Notes under the pieces: generated by a model
The model's database searches: none
The model's input: the letters and a program-made list of their open reading frames with translations, nothing else
What the model was told of the DNA's origin: nothing
Source: a virus
Taxonomy: Duplodnaviria; Caudoviricetes
Strand: one strand, 5' to 3'
IMG/VR virus record: IMGVR_UViG_2922690425_000004
Coordinates: 96,163 to 160,162 of that record
DNA: 64,000 nucleotides
In this document: positions 62,322-64,000 of the stretch, piece by piece
Numbering within the stretch: the stretch's first letter is position 1
Layout: each line of letters starts with the position of its first letter
Translations under genes and position numbers: made by a program

Positions 62322-62601
62322 CTACACTGTGGATCAACTCATTCAAATTTCGGAGATGATGGCTAAGGAACGGGATTATATTCTCATGCCTCAGTCTATA
62401 CTCAAAATGAAGGAGCATTTGCTAAATGAGCGGAATGACAGTCTCCATGCATTTAGTAATGCACGTTATGTTCGTAATGTGATTGAAAAAGCGATTCGGC
62501 ACCAAGCCGTCAGGCTGCTTAATCAGTACAGGAGTGGGCAACCCGGCAAGCAGGAATTGATGACGTTGCGACCAGAGGATTTGAAAATGGACAAAAGATA
62601 G
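62194..62601 (+). pseudogene. spoVK: 3' part of host spoVK, split by the prophage
   Basis: KAMEDQKNQFILILAGY...NPGLPSRF...FSNARYVRN; Walker A and B are missing; directly upstream of hflX. Confidence 0.93.
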
Positions 62602-62713
62602 GCGATAATAGGAATCTGAATCATATCGAATTGTATGACATCGAACGAGGGCCGGCCTGACATCAGGTCGGTTTCTGTTCGAGAGTTGACATGAAAATAA
62701 AGGAGCAAACAAT

Positions 62714-64000
62714 ATGGCGAACTCCACTCATGATACACAAACCGAAATGCAGGATAAGGCGGTTCTGGTCAGTCTAATTACGGATGAAGTCAAACGATCT
62801 GGTATCAATACGGAATATTCGTTGGAAGAACTGGTGAAGCTGGCTGAAACAGCGGGAGTTGAAGTGCTGAGCGTCCTCACACAAAATAGGGAATCCAAGG
62901 ACTCAAAATGGTTTATTGGCAAAGGAAAAGTAGATGAATTGCGTGCAGTTGCTGAAGAATTGGGAGCGAATACAGCTATTTTTGATCAGGAGCTCTCGGG
63001 AGCTCAAGTACGAAATCTTGAAGAGAGCCTGGATCTCAAAATAATTGACCGGACACAGTTAATTCTGGATATTTTTGCTCAGCGTGCAAAGACACGGGAA
63101 GGTATTATCCAGGTTGAACTGGCGCAGTTGTCATACTTACTCCCTCGACTGTCTGGACACGGTAAAAATCTTTCGCGGCTCGGTGGCGGAATCGGAACAC
63201 GTGGTCCTGGTGAAAGCAAGCTAGAGACGGACCGTCGTCACATTCGTGACCGAATCAGTGATCTGAAACGCCAACTTGAGGAAGTGACGCGTCATCGGTA
63301 TTTACACAGGGAGCGTAGACAAAAGGCCGGCATCGTCCAGGTGGCACTCGTTGGCTATACAAATGCCGGCAAATCAACACTGTTGAAGCAACTGACAGCT
63401 GCCGATGTATATATTGAGAACCAACTATTTGCGACGCTTGATCCTACCTCTAGAACAATGGAACTGCCGAGTGGCAAAGAAGTTATTCTCACAGATACAG
63501 TAGGATTTATTCAAAATCTGCCTCATGATTTGGTTGCCTCTTTCCGAGCCACTTTGGAGGAGGCCAATGAGGCTCATCTCATTTTACATGTCGTGGACGC
63601 CTCCTCAGACATGCGTGACGAACAAATGAAAGTTGTAGAGTCAATCCTGCAACAGCTTGGGGCTGCGGACAAGCCTCAGATCGTATTGTTTAACAAAAAA
63701 GATGCTTGCACCCCTGAGCAATTGGAAATGCTCCCTTCTGGGGAAGGCTATTTGAAAATCAGTGCTTTTGATGAAGCAGATTTGCTACGCATTCGCGAAC
63801 TGGTTCAGGAGCATCTGAGCGGTGACACACTGAGATTTCGTATTCCTGCGGAACGTGGGGATTTAACATCGGTGCTTTATCGAATTGGAGATGTACTGCT
63901 GACAGAGTATGATGGCAATGATGTCATTTATGAGGTAGAAATTCAAAGAGGAGAATACGAAAAGTATGGTCATTCGCTTAGTGAGTTCACAGAAAGTTAA
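62714..64000 (+). CDS. hflX: GTPase HflX
   Basis: GGGIGTRGPGESKLE, VGYTNAGKST, LFATLDPT, DTVGF, NKKD. Confidence 0.98.
   Translation: MANSTHDTQTEMQDKAVLVSLITDEVKRSGINTEYSLEELVKLAETAGVEVLSVLTQNRESKDSKWFIGKGKVDELRAVAEELGANTAIFDQELSGAQVRNLEESLDLKIIDRTQLILDIFAQRAKTREGIIQVELAQLSYLLPRLSGHGKNLSRLGGGIGTRGPGESKLETDRRHIRDRISDLKRQLEEVTRHRYLHRERRQKAGIVQVALVGYTNAGKSTLLKQLTAADVYIENQLFATLDPTSRTMELPSGKEVILTDTVGFIQNLPHDLVASFRATLEEANEAHLILHVVDASSDMRDEQMKVVESILQQLGAADKPQIVLFNKKDACTPEQLEMLPSGEGYLKISAFDEADLLRIRELVQEHLSGDTLRFRIPAERGDLTSVLYRIGDVLLTEYDGNDVIYEVEIQRGEYEKYGHSLSEFTES

Noticed and set aside
62200-62601. 133-aa ORF as an independent gene
   Set aside because: The ATG is an internal Met of SpoVK (KAMED); there is no RBS and no Walker motifs, so it is the split host gene
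1-64000. tRNA, rRNA, arbitrium (aimR/aimP) or virion structural genes
   Set aside because: None recognisable in this window; they may lie in the part of the prophage outside it

Overview
Positions 1 to ~62192 are the right arm of a large, AT-rich, SPbeta-like prophage in a spore-forming Firmicute, most likely Paenibacillus (inferred from the spoVK-hflX context and a copper-amine-oxidase-N 'stalk' protein). The arm carries replication genes (ligase, helicase, primase, RecJ, DnaE, RusA), nucleotide-metabolism genes (nrdDG, a class I RNR with the ATP-cone on the beta subunit, dUTPase, thyX), a sporulation-type sigma factor and roughly 90 small accessory ORFs. It ends in a large serine recombinase inserted into host spoVK, followed by the spoVK 3' remnant and hflX. 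Two things stand out. (1) About 54 copies of a palindromic site, TNAAA-N6-TTTNA, often extended on the right as TTTTAYNNRGA, sit almost exclusively at gene boundaries, each with a different 6-bp spacer. They divide the accessory region into one-to-few-gene units, which looks like a cassette (integron-like) recombination system. (2) The phage carries its own intact spoVK copy, with a SigE-like promoter, inside one such unit, and this could compensate for the host gene it disrupts. All counts were made by eye and all family calls come from motif recognition, not database searches.
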